A stretch of DNA of 30,327 nucleotides from Acidimicrobiia bacterium (lineage in GTDB: Bacteria > Actinomycetota > Acidimicrobiia > Spongiisociales > Spongiisociaceae), in NCBI GenBank assembly GCA_041576165.1, contig JBFGLM010000053.1, positions 1 to 30,327 of the forward strand. Direction: 5' to 3'. Shown piece after piece: positions 19,686 through 27,860 of the stretch; the stretch's first letter is position 1, and the number at the start of each line of letters is the position of its first letter. The notes under the pieces are model-generated. The model made no database searches, had not been told where the DNA came from, and saw only the letters and a program-made list of their open reading frames with translations. The position numbers and the translations under genes were made by a program.

Positions 19686-19973
19686 AGGTGCCACGAGGCC
19701 CGATGGCCACGTTGAGTGGTCTCCCGGCGTCGCACCGCCTCGACGGGGGCCGTTTCTTCCATAAATAGGTAGAAGTACTAGTCCTTTTTGGGCGATCCCG
19801 GCGCCCCGCCGGGTAGCGGCGAAACCCGCATGAATGCTGGATTTCGGGTCACTAGGCCACACAGCGCGGTCATGGTGATCGTCCTATACCGGACAGAGCG
19901 GGATCACCCGAGGATCACTGCGAAAATCCGAAAACCAGTGAACCTTTCGCGACTGGGGAGCGAGTTCACCGAC

Positions 19974-21125
19974 GTGAGCACGACTAAGCCAGGGCCCGAT
20001 CTCGGGTCGGACTCACGCGGGCGCCTTCCGGTGGTTAGGGGTCTACAGCTCGATACCGGGCTGCGGACCGGGCCGCTCTCAGGCCTGATGCACGTGTTGG
20101 GCCGTCGCTACGAGCAGCGCATCCCGATGACCACTGATGATCGCACGCGGATCATCCAGGTCCTGTACCCAGAGGGCATGAAATTCGGTCCTTTTGCGCG
20201 TCGTTTCACCCTGCTCGAGTCGGTTGCGGTGGCCATTGCCGTGTTCGGCCTGGTGTCTGACTCCACTGCGGTTGTGATCGGAGCCATGCTCGTGGCTCCG
20301 CTGCTGACGCCGGTGCTGGGGTTGGGAGCCGCAGTCATCATGGGCTGGCCCCGTCGGGTCGTCCGCTATCTGGTGATCGTTGCCATGGCATCGGCCGGCT
20401 CAATCGCGCTCTCGTACGGGATGGGATCGCTCATGCGATTGGAGCTCGACCCGATCCCGGGTGAATTGCTCGCCCGCACTGCTCCCAACCTGCTGGACCT
20501 CGGTATTGCGGTTTCGGCCGGAACGGCGGGGGCGTTCGCAATCGTGCGGCGCCAGGCTGGCGATGCCATGAGCGGCGCGGCCGTTGCGGTCGCTCTCGTC
20601 CCTCCGCTGAGCTCGGTTGGAATTCTCGCCCAGCAGGGTGAGATCGATTTGGCAGTCGGAGCCCTGCTGCTGTTTCTCACCAACGTGGCAGGCGTTGTGA
20701 TGGCCGGCACCATCACATTCATCGCCAGCGGGTTCGTACCGGGAATGCAACTCCTGTACGGGGCCCGGAGCACCATCGGGCGGCTGCGGTGGATCGCCCT
20801 CGCAGTGGTGGTCGTGGTCCTGCCGCTGCAGCTGGATCAACCCGGCCTGATATCGCCGGCCCCGGCGTTCGGTGATGTTGAGGCGATCATCGATGACTGG
20901 ATCGCGGTATCGGGCATGTCCGAGGCCATCGAGGTCGTGGATCTCGTGGTCGACGTCGACAACGGCGAGGTGGCGATCGACTTGGTACTGGCGGCCTCCA
21001 AAGCTCCGCCTCCGCCCGACGCCCTGGCGGAGTCGCTGTCTGCTGATCTCAACCGCAAGGTGACCCTGGCAATCAAGTCCGTGCCGTCGCAATCGACGTC
21101 GGCGTCGGCCGACGCCGACGGCTGA
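19974..21125 (+). CDS. DUF389 family membrane protein (start codon uncertain)
   Basis: DSTAVVIGAMLVAPLLTP, ELLARTAPNLLDLGIA, GAAVAVALVPPL and GALLLFLTN; multiple hydrophobic segments. The start could be GTG 19974, ATG 20088 or ATG 20127. Confidence 0.85.
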   Translation: MSTTKPGPDLGSDSRGRLPVVRGLQLDTGLRTGPLSGLMHVLGRRYEQRIPMTTDDRTRIIQVLYPEGMKFGPFARRFTLLESVAVAIAVFGLVSDSTAVVIGAMLVAPLLTPVLGLGAAVIMGWPRRVVRYLVIVAMASAGSIALSYGMGSLMRLELDPIPGELLARTAPNLLDLGIAVSAGTAGAFAIVRRQAGDAMSGAAVAVALVPPLSSVGILAQQGEIDLAVGALLLFLTNVAGVVMAGTITFIASGFVPGMQLLYGARSTIGRLRWIALAVVVVVLPLQLDQPGLISPAPAFGDVEAIIDDWIAVSGMSEAIEVVDLVVDVDNGEVAIDLVLAASKAPPPPDALAESLSADLNRKVTLAIKSVPSQSTSASADADG

Positions 21126-21187
21126 CCGCGACCTGCCCATCAGAGCAATCAACTACGCGGCGGTTTGCTGATCGGGAGTATCGAGTA

Positions 21188-21216
21188 CAATTCCCACATA
21201 CGCGTAGTGGAAATTG
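21188..21216. promoter_or_regulatory. Palindromic operator-like site upstream of sufB, overlapping a TACAAT -10 element
   Basis: CAATTCCCAC-ATACGCGTA-GTGGAAATTG (9/10 inverted arms); TACAAT at 21186-21191; similar to the site at 27794-27819. Confidence 0.6.
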
Positions 21217-21230
21217 AAACGAGGTAGCCG

Positions 21231-22643
21231 ATGGCCACCGTCGACATCGATCTTGGTTCCTACAAGCTCGGGTGGAGCGACCCAGAGGACGACTATGTCT
21301 TCAAACCCGAAAAAGGCCTGAACGAGGACATCATTCGCCAGATGTCGTCGATCAAGGGCGAGCCAGAGTGGATGCTCAGTTTCCGGCTGAAGGCCTATCA
21401 GCGTTTCCTGCGCAAGCCGATGCCTACGTGGGGCGGCGGCGGCCTGCTCGCCGAGATCGACTTCGACGACATCTACTACTACGTCAAGCCGGCCGAGGAG
21501 CAGGCGAAGGATTGGGACATGGTTCCCGAGTCCATCAAGGACACGTACGAGAAGCTGGGCATTCCCGAAGCTGAGCGAAAGTTTCTGGCCGGGGTCACGG
21601 CGCAGTACGAGTCCGAAGTCGTGTACCACAAGAACCGCGAGGACTTGGAGTCGATGGGTGTCCTGTTCTGCGACATGGACACTGCGGTCCGCGAGTATCC
21701 CGACATCGTGCAGGAATACTTCGGGACGATCATTCCCCCCAATGACAACAAGTTTGCCGCGCTCAACTCGGCCGTATGGTCCGGCGGTTCGTTCATCTAC
21801 GTGCCGCCGGGCGTCAGCGTTGATCAGCCGCTGCAGGCCTACTTCCGCATCAACTCCGAGAACATGGGCCAGTTCGAGCGGACGCTGATCATCGTCGACG
21901 AGGATGCGTTCTGTCACTACGTCGAGGGGTGTTCGGCCCCGGTGTACTCGAGTGACTCGCTGCACTCGGCGGTGGTGGAGATCGTGGTCAAGCGCGGCGG
22001 CCGCTGCCGGTATACCACCATTCAGAACTGGTCCAACAACGTTTACAACCTGGTCACGAAGCGGGCGGCGACGTACGGCAACGCCACCATGGAATGGGTG
22101 GACGGCAACCTCGGGTCGAAGCTGACAATGAAGTATCCGGCCGTGTGGCTGATGGAACCCGGAGCGCACGGAGAGGTCCTGTCGATCGCGTTTGCCGGCG
22201 ACGGCCAGCACCAGGACACCGGAGCCAAGATGGTGCATGCGGCATCCGACACCACCTCGACCATCGTTTCCAAATCCATCTCCAAGGGAGGTGGCCGGGC
22301 AGGCTACCGCGGCCTGGTCCGGGTCGAGCCGGGTGCCGAACGCGCCAAGTCGTTCGTACGTTGTGATGCGCTGATCCTGGACGATCAATCTCGCTCGGAT
22401 ACCTATCCGTACATGGAGATCGAAGAAGCCGACACTGAGATCGGTCACGAGGCGACCGTTTCCAAGGTGGGCGAGGAGCAACTGTTCTACCTGATGAGCC
22501 GTGGTCTCACCGAAGACGAAGCCACCTCGATGATCGTTGCCGGGTTCATCGAGCCGATCGTGAAGGAACTCCCAATGGAGTATGCGGTTGAGATGAACCG
22601 CCTGATCGAGCTCAACATGGCCGAAGCCGGAGCCGTCGGGTAG
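21231..22643 (+). CDS. sufB: Fe-S cluster assembly protein SufB
   Basis: [62 protein letters not shown] and LFYLMSRG. Confidence 0.97.
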   Translation: MATVDIDLGSYKLGWSDPEDDYVFKPEKGLNEDIIRQMSSIKGEPEWMLSFRLKAYQRFLRKPMPTWGGGGLLAEIDFDDIYYYVKPAEEQAKDWDMVPESIKDTYEKLGIPEAERKFLAGVTAQYESEVVYHKNREDLESMGVLFCDMDTAVREYPDIVQEYFGTIIPPNDNKFAALNSAVWSGGSFIYVPPGVSVDQPLQAYFRINSENMGQFERTLIIVDEDAFCHYVEGCSAPVYSSDSLHSAVVEIVVKRGGRCRYTTIQNWSNNVYNLVTKRAATYGNATMEWVDGNLGSKLTMKYPAVWLMEPGAHGEVLSIAFAGDGQHQDTGAKMVHAASDTTSTIVSKSISKGGGRAGYRGLVRVEPGAERAKSFVRCDALILDDQSRSDTYPYMEIEEADTEIGHEATVSKVGEEQLFYLMSRGLTEDEATSMIVAGFIEPIVKELPMEYAVEMNRLIELNMAEAGAVG

Positions 22644-22734
22644 CCGGGGACGCCCCTGCCTGGTCGGCGGCCGGCCCCACGCACCCGCCCGGCGCCCGAG
22701 GCTCAGCCAGGCGAGATGCTCCTGCGCCGGGTTC

Positions 22735-22765
22735 TTGACTTCAACCTCACTTCAAGTTGTACGGT
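22735..22765 (+). promoter_or_regulatory. MerR/SoxR-family-type promoter with a 19-bp spacer and internal dyad
   Basis: TTGACT (22735-40), 19 nt, TACGGT (22760-65); dyad ACTTCAA-n6-TTCAAGT (one mismatch); an ATG lies at 22772, the expected +1. Confidence 0.75.
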
Positions 22766-22905
22766 TGCTGCATGCATCCAACCGACTCACCACTGCGGAT
22801 AGTCACCCACCCCGGCCCCCACCACCGGCTGTCCCTTACTCTGCGTCTTGTGGTCCTCGCCGATCCGGACCGAACCGGGGTGGCCCGGCATCACGAGGAA
22901 ACGCC

Positions 22906-23289
22906 ATGCCTGTTCAGCTGAACCACACAATCGTGGCCGCCCGCGACCACGTGACGTCGGCCGAGTTTCTCGCCAGGATCCTGGGTCTGGCTCCGCCCCG
23001 GGCATTCGCACACTTCATGGTCGTAACAACCGCCAACGACGTCTCGCTCGACTATCGGGCTGTCGAGGGCGAGATCAATTCTCAGCACTATGCGTTTCTG
23101 GTGGCAGAGGAAGAGTTCGATGAGATCTTCGACCGGATTTCCGCCGAGTTGCCGTACTGGGCGGATCCGGGTCGGAGCCGGCCCGGCGAGATCAACCGGC
23201 GTGATGGCGGCCGGGGCGTGTATTTCCAGGATCCCAATGGCCACCTGCTCGAGATCCTCACCCGGCCCTACGGAAGCGGCAATGGCTGA
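22906..23289 (+). CDS. VOC (glyoxalase/bleomycin resistance) family protein
   Basis: LNHTIV, SAEFLA.ILGL, QHYAFLV.E.EFD.IF.RI and GGRGVYF.DPNGH.LEI.TRPYG; GAGGA RBS. Confidence 0.93.
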   Translation: MPVQLNHTIVAARDHVTSAEFLARILGLAPPRAFAHFMVVTTANDVSLDYRAVEGEINSQHYAFLVAEEEFDEIFDRISAELPYWADPGRSRPGEINRRDGGRGVYFQDPNGHLLEILTRPYGSGNG

Positions 23290-23344
23290 AGGCGCCCGGC
23301 TGGGATCAACTCGCCAGCGCGGTGGGAGGCGCCGGCACGCCCCG

Positions 23345-23669
23345 GTCTCGCCGGAGCAGCTGAGCTAACCTCGAGAGGGAACGGCGCTTGGCGCGCCTCA
23401 CGTCACTCCGATCGGGATGTGGCGCTACAACGGCCGAGAGCACACCATCGACGTGACGGGCCGCCGCTTCTCCTCCACCAAGAAGTATCGCAACGTTCGG
23501 AATGACCGACACGCCGCCTTGCGACGATGTGGCGTCGGTCGAGCCGTCGCGGCCCCGGGCGGTGATCGCGGAGGGCCCGGCTGAGGCCATCCCGGCCGGC
23601 CACGGCCATGGACCACTCATCAGGATCACCACCGAGCGGATCACCTCTTGCGGACTCGACGACGATTGA
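23345..23669 (+). pseudogene. Frameshifted remnant of a PPOX-class F420-dependent oxidoreductase (MSMEG_5819-like)
   Basis: Joining frames gives SPEQLS*/LERERRLARL/PHVTPIGMWRYN/TIDVTGRRFSSTKKYRNVRNDRHAAL/DDVASVEPSRPRAVIAEGPAEAIP...LIRITTERITSCGLDDD*. TAA at 23366-68, several indels, no start codon. Confidence 0.75.
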
Positions 23670-23709
23670 CCCCTGGCCCTGTCATCATCCGGCGGTGACC
23701 CTCACTCGG

Positions 23710-23736
23710 CCGGGCGATTCGTTGATCCTCGCCCGG
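23710..23736 (-). terminator. GC-rich stem-loop between convergent genes, possible terminator
   Basis: CCGGGCGA-11 nt-TCGCCCGG immediately after the stop of the 23738-23998 gene; no U-tract. Confidence 0.4.
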
Positions 23737-23737
23737 G

Positions 23738-23998
23738 TCAATCGTGCGACCGGCCTCCGGAGACGAGGTTCAGCACCGCCACGAACAACGCCGAGCCTAT
23801 TACCGCCCAGATCACCGGGAAGTCATTGAATGTTGGTCCCGTGCCGAGATCGAATTGCTCCGCGAGCCAGCTGCCCACTAGTGCGCCGACGAACCCAAGC
23901 GCGATGGACGTGAGGCAGCCATCTATCCGGCGCCCGGCCAGCCTGGCGCCGATCGATCCCGAGAGGGCAGCTATCACGATGAGTACGACCCAGCGCAT
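23738..23998 (-). CDS. GlsB/YeaQ/YmgE family (transglycosylase-associated) membrane protein
   Basis: 86 aa, three hydrophobic helices, GCLTSIALGFVGALVGSWLA and FPVIWAVIGSALFV. Confidence 0.88.
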   Translation of the reverse strand: MRWVVLIVIAALSGSIGARLAGRRIDGCLTSIALGFVGALVGSWLAEQFDLGTGPTFNDFPVIWAVIGSALFVAVLNLVSGGRSHD

Positions 23999-24031
23999 AC
24001 CGCTGCACGCTACCCGCGGTGAGGTGTCCGG

Positions 24032-24295
24032 TCAGGTCGTACTGGTGCTGACCAGGTAGGCGGCGACGAGCCCGGCCAAACCGCTCCACACCAGCGGGTA
24101 GCCCTCGACATCGAGCAGGCTGCGGACGTCCAGGAGACGGAGTACGGTTCCGGTGGACAGGCCCACGATGGCGCCGATGAGAATCGACACGATGACGTTC
24201 TTGCTGGCGCTGGTGAGCGCCCCGCCGATCAGACCTCCGAGTGCTGATGCCCCGATGGCCGCCAATACCCCCGGCGGAATTGCCTCGATTCCCAT
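24032..24295 (-). CDS. Small membrane protein, probable divergent GlsB/YeaQ/YmgE-like paralog
   Basis: 87 aa, Gly-rich helices; SILIGAIVG and GYPLVWSGLAG align by eye with the neighbouring gene's SIALGFVG and DFPVIWAVIG. Confidence 0.7.
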   Translation of the reverse strand: MGIEAIPPGVLAAIGASALGGLIGGALTSASKNVIVSILIGAIVGLSTGTVLRLLDVRSLLDVEGYPLVWSGLAGLVAAYLVSTSTT

Positions 24296-24429
24296 GACCG
24301 GTCTATCGGCTCAATTGGCTCCCACCCTGAGCTTTGTAATCGCGCAGACTGCCCGCCCGAAATCCCCAAGCCGGACCGGGCCATCAGGGACCGGTGGCTG
24401 CCGGCTCTGGACCTCCTGTCCGCCTACCT

Positions 24430-25362
24430 CTAGAGCAGGTGCTCCAACTCGAACGCGGTCGAGGGGTGGCGCAGTTTGGCCAGCGCTCGTCCCTCGATCT
24501 GACGAATTCGCTCTCGGGTGAGGTTGAAGATCTTCCCGACGTCGGACAGCGTCCGTGGCTCGCCGCCGTCGAGCCCGTACCGGAGCAACACGACCTCACG
24601 CTCATCGTCGTCGAGAATCTCGAGCGCTCGCACCAGTTGATCGGTTCGCAGCACGTCGGCCGCATGCGTGAAGGGATCGGGCGCCCGGTCGTCCTCGACG
24701 AAGTCCTGCAGCGCTGCGTCACCGTCGTCGCCGACCGGCCGGTCGAGGGACACCGTGTCCGACGGCGCCTCGAGCGCGGCTATGACCCGCTCACAATCCA
24801 GCCCGCTGAAATCGGCAATCTCCTCGACCGAGGGTGCCCGGTGCAGATCCTCTGCGAGGGCCTGAGCGGTCTCCTGCACGGTTCTGACCACATCGACCAT
24901 GTGGACGGGTAGCCGGATCGTGCGTGCTTGGTTGCCCAAACCCCGGGTGATCGCCTGCCGGATCCACCACGTGGCATAAGTCGAGAACTTGAAGCCCTTC
25001 CGCCAGTCGAACTTCTCCACAGCGCGGATGAGGCCCATATTGCCTTCCTGAATCAGGTCGAGCAGATCGAGGCCGCGTCCGGTGTAGCGCTTGGCGATGG
25101 AGATCACCAGCCGGAGGTTGGAGCGAATGAAAGCCATCTTGGCTTCCTCGCCCGCATGGATCAGCCGGTAAAGCTTGGCTCGCTCGGCCGGGGTGAGATC
25201 GTCGGGTTGGTCCAGTTTCCGGAGCGCTCGCTGGCCCAGTTCCATGGCCCGGGCAAGTTCGACCTCGTCGTCGGCCGTCAGCAGCGAGTGCGAAGAGACC
25301 TCTTCCAGATACATGCCGATTGTGTCCGAAACCGGCAGTGCGTCCCGGGTGATTGATGCCAC
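24430..25362 (-). CDS. RNA polymerase sigma-70 factor, RpoD/SigA-like without region 1.1 (group 2-like)
   Basis: Region 1.2 MYLEEV..HSLLTADDEVELA; region 2 NLRLVISIAKRY..DLIQEGNMGLIRAVEKFD..KGFKFSTYATWWIRQAITR; region 4 LTRERIRQIE. GTG 25362 follows GAGGGGG. Confidence 0.94.
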   Translation of the reverse strand: MASITRDALPVSDTIGMYLEEVSSHSLLTADDEVELARAMELGQRALRKLDQPDDLTPAERAKLYRLIHAGEEAKMAFIRSNLRLVISIAKRYTGRGLDLLDLIQEGNMGLIRAVEKFDWRKGFKFSTYATWWIRQAITRGLGNQARTIRLPVHMVDVVRTVQETAQALAEDLHRAPSVEEIADFSGLDCERVIAALEAPSDTVSLDRPVGDDGDAALQDFVEDDRAPDPFTHAADVLRTDQLVRALEILDDDEREVVLLRYGLDGGEPRTLSDVGKIFNLTRERIRQIEGRALAKLRHPSTAFELEHLL

Positions 25363-25414
25363 GTTCCCGTAGCCCCCCTCTGTGTTGTGAACGAACCGAT
25401 GGGACCGTATCAGC

Positions 25415-25423
25415 TGTGGATAA
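25415..25423 (-). promoter_or_regulatory. Perfect DnaA box (TTATCCACA) in the sigma-factor/lipoprotein divergent intergenic region
   Basis: The + strand reads TGTGGATAA; a degenerate co-oriented copy TGTGAACGA lies at 25386-25394. Confidence 0.5.
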
Positions 25424-25490
25424 GTGTCGCAATGGGAATATTTGCCATACTCGCCGATCCGACCGGCGACGCCGCCACTACCATGCTCGG

Positions 25491-27092
25491 ATGCCTGCGT
25501 TTCGCAGACTGATCCGCTGCGCCCTACTCGCCACCCCACTGCTCACCGCCTGCGTGAGCACGTCGGCCGTGGTGGTGGGGGAGTCTCCGATTCCGCCCCC
25601 GACCAACATCCCCGTTGTGCCGGTGGCGGTGGTCGACGAATTGGGCGACCCGGTGCCGGCAGCGTTGATGACGGTCGGCGAGCAGGTTGTCGAAGCCGAC
25701 GACCTCGGGGTCGGTCTCGTGGAGTGGCAGGGCCGGCCGATGAATGTGTCAATTCAGGCGCCTGGCTTCTTTCCCGGCGCGGTCGCGGTCGAACAGTTCA
25801 CCAACGAGCCCGTCTCTCTGGAGCTGCGCCCGGTGGTACTGCGGGGGACCGTGACAGATTCGGCCGGGTACGGGCTGAGCGGGGCCACCGTCGCGCTCGG
25901 GGGACACACGGTTGTGACCGCCGACGATGGCAGTTTTGAGATCGCCAAAGCCGTACCGGGTGAGCTGATGGTCACACGCCCCGGATGGCAAGGGGCCAGC
26001 TTCGACTGGCAGGGAGCCTCCCTCTCGACATCCGTCGCTCTGGAACCGAGGATCATCCGGGGATTGCACGTGGCCGGCGTGATCATCGGCAACGACGAGG
26101 AGTGGAAGGAGCTGCTGACCATTGCGGATGAGACGGTGGTCAACTCGCTCGTGATCGACCTCAAGGATGAGAGCGGCCGCGTGTTCTACGACTCCAAGGT
26201 GCCGCTGGCCAAAGAGGTGGGGGCAGTGCAACCGGCATTCGCGCTCGAGACCGCCATCAACGACATGCGGGAACGCGACCTGTACATCATCGGACGGATC
26301 GTGTCGTTCCAAGATCCCGTTGCCGCGCAGCGTCAGCCGGAGCTGGCCGTTTTCGATACGGCTACGGGTGGGCCGTACCAGAACCGAGGGCAGTACTTCC
26401 TCGATCCGACCGATCCGGGTGCTCGCCAGTATGCCCTAGACCTCGCAGTGGAAGCGTGCGATGCGGGAGTGGATGAGATTCAGTTCGACTACGTGAGGTA
26501 TCCCGACGGATTCCCCGCATCGGCGCGCTTCGACGGCGGGGCGGACGCCGAGACGCGGACTACAACAATCACGACGTTCCTGGAAGGTGCCGGCCATCTC
26601 TTGCATCCGATGGGCTGTTCGGTGGCGGCCGACATTTTCGGCTTCATCACCTCGACGCCCCAGGACGGCGGCATCGGCCAGCAATTCGAGATGTTGGTTG
26701 AGGTCACCGATGTGATCTCGCCGATGATCTATCCGAGTCACTACTCGTCGGGCTGGTTTGGCTTCTCGTCGCCCAATGACCACCCGGGTCCCGTCATCGC
26801 TTCGGCCCTCGACGACGGTCTCGAGCGTCTGGCTGGCGCAGCGATCGTCCGGCCGTGGCTCCAGGATTTCTTCTACGACGCGTCCCAGGTGCGAGCCCAG
26901 ATCGAAGCAGCCGAGGCGCGCTCGGTGGGATGGATGCTGTGGAACGCCTCGAGCAACTTCCAGACCGGAGCGCTCGACGCAGATCCCGCCGCGGCGGGAT
27001 CTGCCCCGGCGGTTCCCGCCGGCCAAGGGGAACTCGACGCCCCAGCGGACGAGCCCGGCGAGGTGGGCGGCCCCGCTCCGGCGGGAAGTTGA
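25491..27092 (+). CDS. Lipoprotein with carboxypeptidase-regulatory-like beta domains and a DUF4015 putative glycoside hydrolase domain
   Basis: Lipobox LLTAC; LRGTVTDSAG..LSGATV; VNSLVIDLKDESG, GRIVSFQD, DEIQFDYVRYP, SPMIYPSHY, RPWLQDF and WMLWNA. Confidence 0.88.
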   Translation: MPAFRRLIRCALLATPLLTACVSTSAVVVGESPIPPPTNIPVVPVAVVDELGDPVPAALMTVGEQVVEADDLGVGLVEWQGRPMNVSIQAPGFFPGAVAVEQFTNEPVSLELRPVVLRGTVTDSAGYGLSGATVALGGHTVVTADDGSFEIAKAVPGELMVTRPGWQGASFDWQGASLSTSVALEPRIIRGLHVAGVIIGNDEEWKELLTIADETVVNSLVIDLKDESGRVFYDSKVPLAKEVGAVQPAFALETAINDMRERDLYIIGRIVSFQDPVAAQRQPELAVFDTATGGPYQNRGQYFLDPTDPGARQYALDLAVEACDAGVDEIQFDYVRYPDGFPASARFDGGADAETRTTTITTFLEGAGHLLHPMGCSVAADIFGFITSTPQDGGIGQQFEMLVEVTDVISPMIYPSHYSSGWFGFSSPNDHPGPVIASALDDGLERLAGAAIVRPWLQDFFYDASQVRAQIEAAEARSVGWMLWNASSNFQTGALDADPAAAGSAPAVPAGQGELDAPADEPGEVGGPAPAGS

Positions 27093-27102
27093 CCGGCCGG
27101 AT

Positions 27103-27783
27103 GTGAATCTGCACCACGTCGAACAGCAGCTGATCGAATGCCGGCGTTGTCCCCGGTTGGTTGACTGGCGCGAGCAGGTGGCCAGAGAGAAGCGGGCGTC
27201 GTTCCGGGGCGACGAGTACTGGGGCAAGCCCGTGCCGGGGTTCGGTGATCCCCGGGCGGGGCTGCTGATCGTCGGGCTGGCGCCGGCCGCGCATGGCGCC
27301 AACCGCACGGGGCGCATGTTCACCGGTGACCGCTCGGGCGATTGGCTCTATCGAGCGTTACACCGCGCCGGCTTCGCCAACCAGCCGGTGGCAACCTCTC
27401 GCTTCGACGGGCTGCGTCTGGTCGATGCCTTCATCACGGCGATCGTGCATTGTGCCCCGCCTGCCAACAAGCCGACCGCCGACGAACGCACCGCGTGCGC
27501 CGACTGGTTGCGCCGCGAGATCGATCTGATTGAAACCGCCCAAGTGGTCGTCAGCCTCGGAGGGATGGCGTTTGGCCAGGTACTGAGACTCCTGGCAGAA
27601 CGCGGTGCGGACATTCCGCGTCCCCGTCCCAAGTTCGGTCACGGTGCCGAGGTTCCGCTCGATCCGCCATTTCCAACCGTCATCGGCAGCTATCACCCCA
27701 GCCAGCAGAACACTTTCACCGGCCGCCTGTCCGAGGCGATGTTGGACGCAGTCTTCGCACGGGCCCGGACGCTGCTCGCATGA
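27103..27783 (+). CDS. udgB: Uracil-DNA glycosylase family 5 (UdgB-like, 4Fe-4S)
   Basis: CRRCPRL, YWGKPVPGFGD, GLAPAAHGANRTGRMFTGD, HCAPPANKP and SYHPSQQNT. Confidence 0.92.
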   Translation: MNLHHVEQQLIECRRCPRLVDWREQVAREKRASFRGDEYWGKPVPGFGDPRAGLLIVGLAPAAHGANRTGRMFTGDRSGDWLYRALHRAGFANQPVATSRFDGLRLVDAFITAIVHCAPPANKPTADERTACADWLRREIDLIETAQVVVSLGGMAFGQVLRLLAERGADIPRPRPKFGHGAEVPLDPPFPTVIGSYHPSQQNTFTGRLSEAMLDAVFARARTLLA

Positions 27784-27793
27784 CCAGCCGGTA

Positions 27794-27819
27794 ATTCGCA
27801 CTACCGCCGTAGTGCGAAT
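27794..27819. promoter_or_regulatory. Perfect 11-bp inverted repeat upstream of sufD (operator or terminator hairpin)
   Basis: ATTCGCACTAC-CGCC-GTAGTGCGAAT; resembles the palindrome upstream of sufB. Confidence 0.6.
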
Positions 27820-27860
27820 ACCATCCGAGCGTCCCACAGATTCTCAGGAGTCGATCCCCC

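Noticed and set aside
23306-23644. 112-aa minus-strand hypothetical ORF
   Set aside because: Better explained as the antisense shadow of the + strand PPOX pseudogene.
23662-23745. 11-bp inverted repeat ACGATTGACCC/GGGTCAATCGT as possible MITE ends
   Set aside because: The arms coincide with the last codons and stops of two convergent genes; no target-site duplication or second copy is seen.
25363-25490. Replication origin
   Set aside because: Only one perfect and one weak DnaA box, no unwinding element, and no dnaA/dnaN context.
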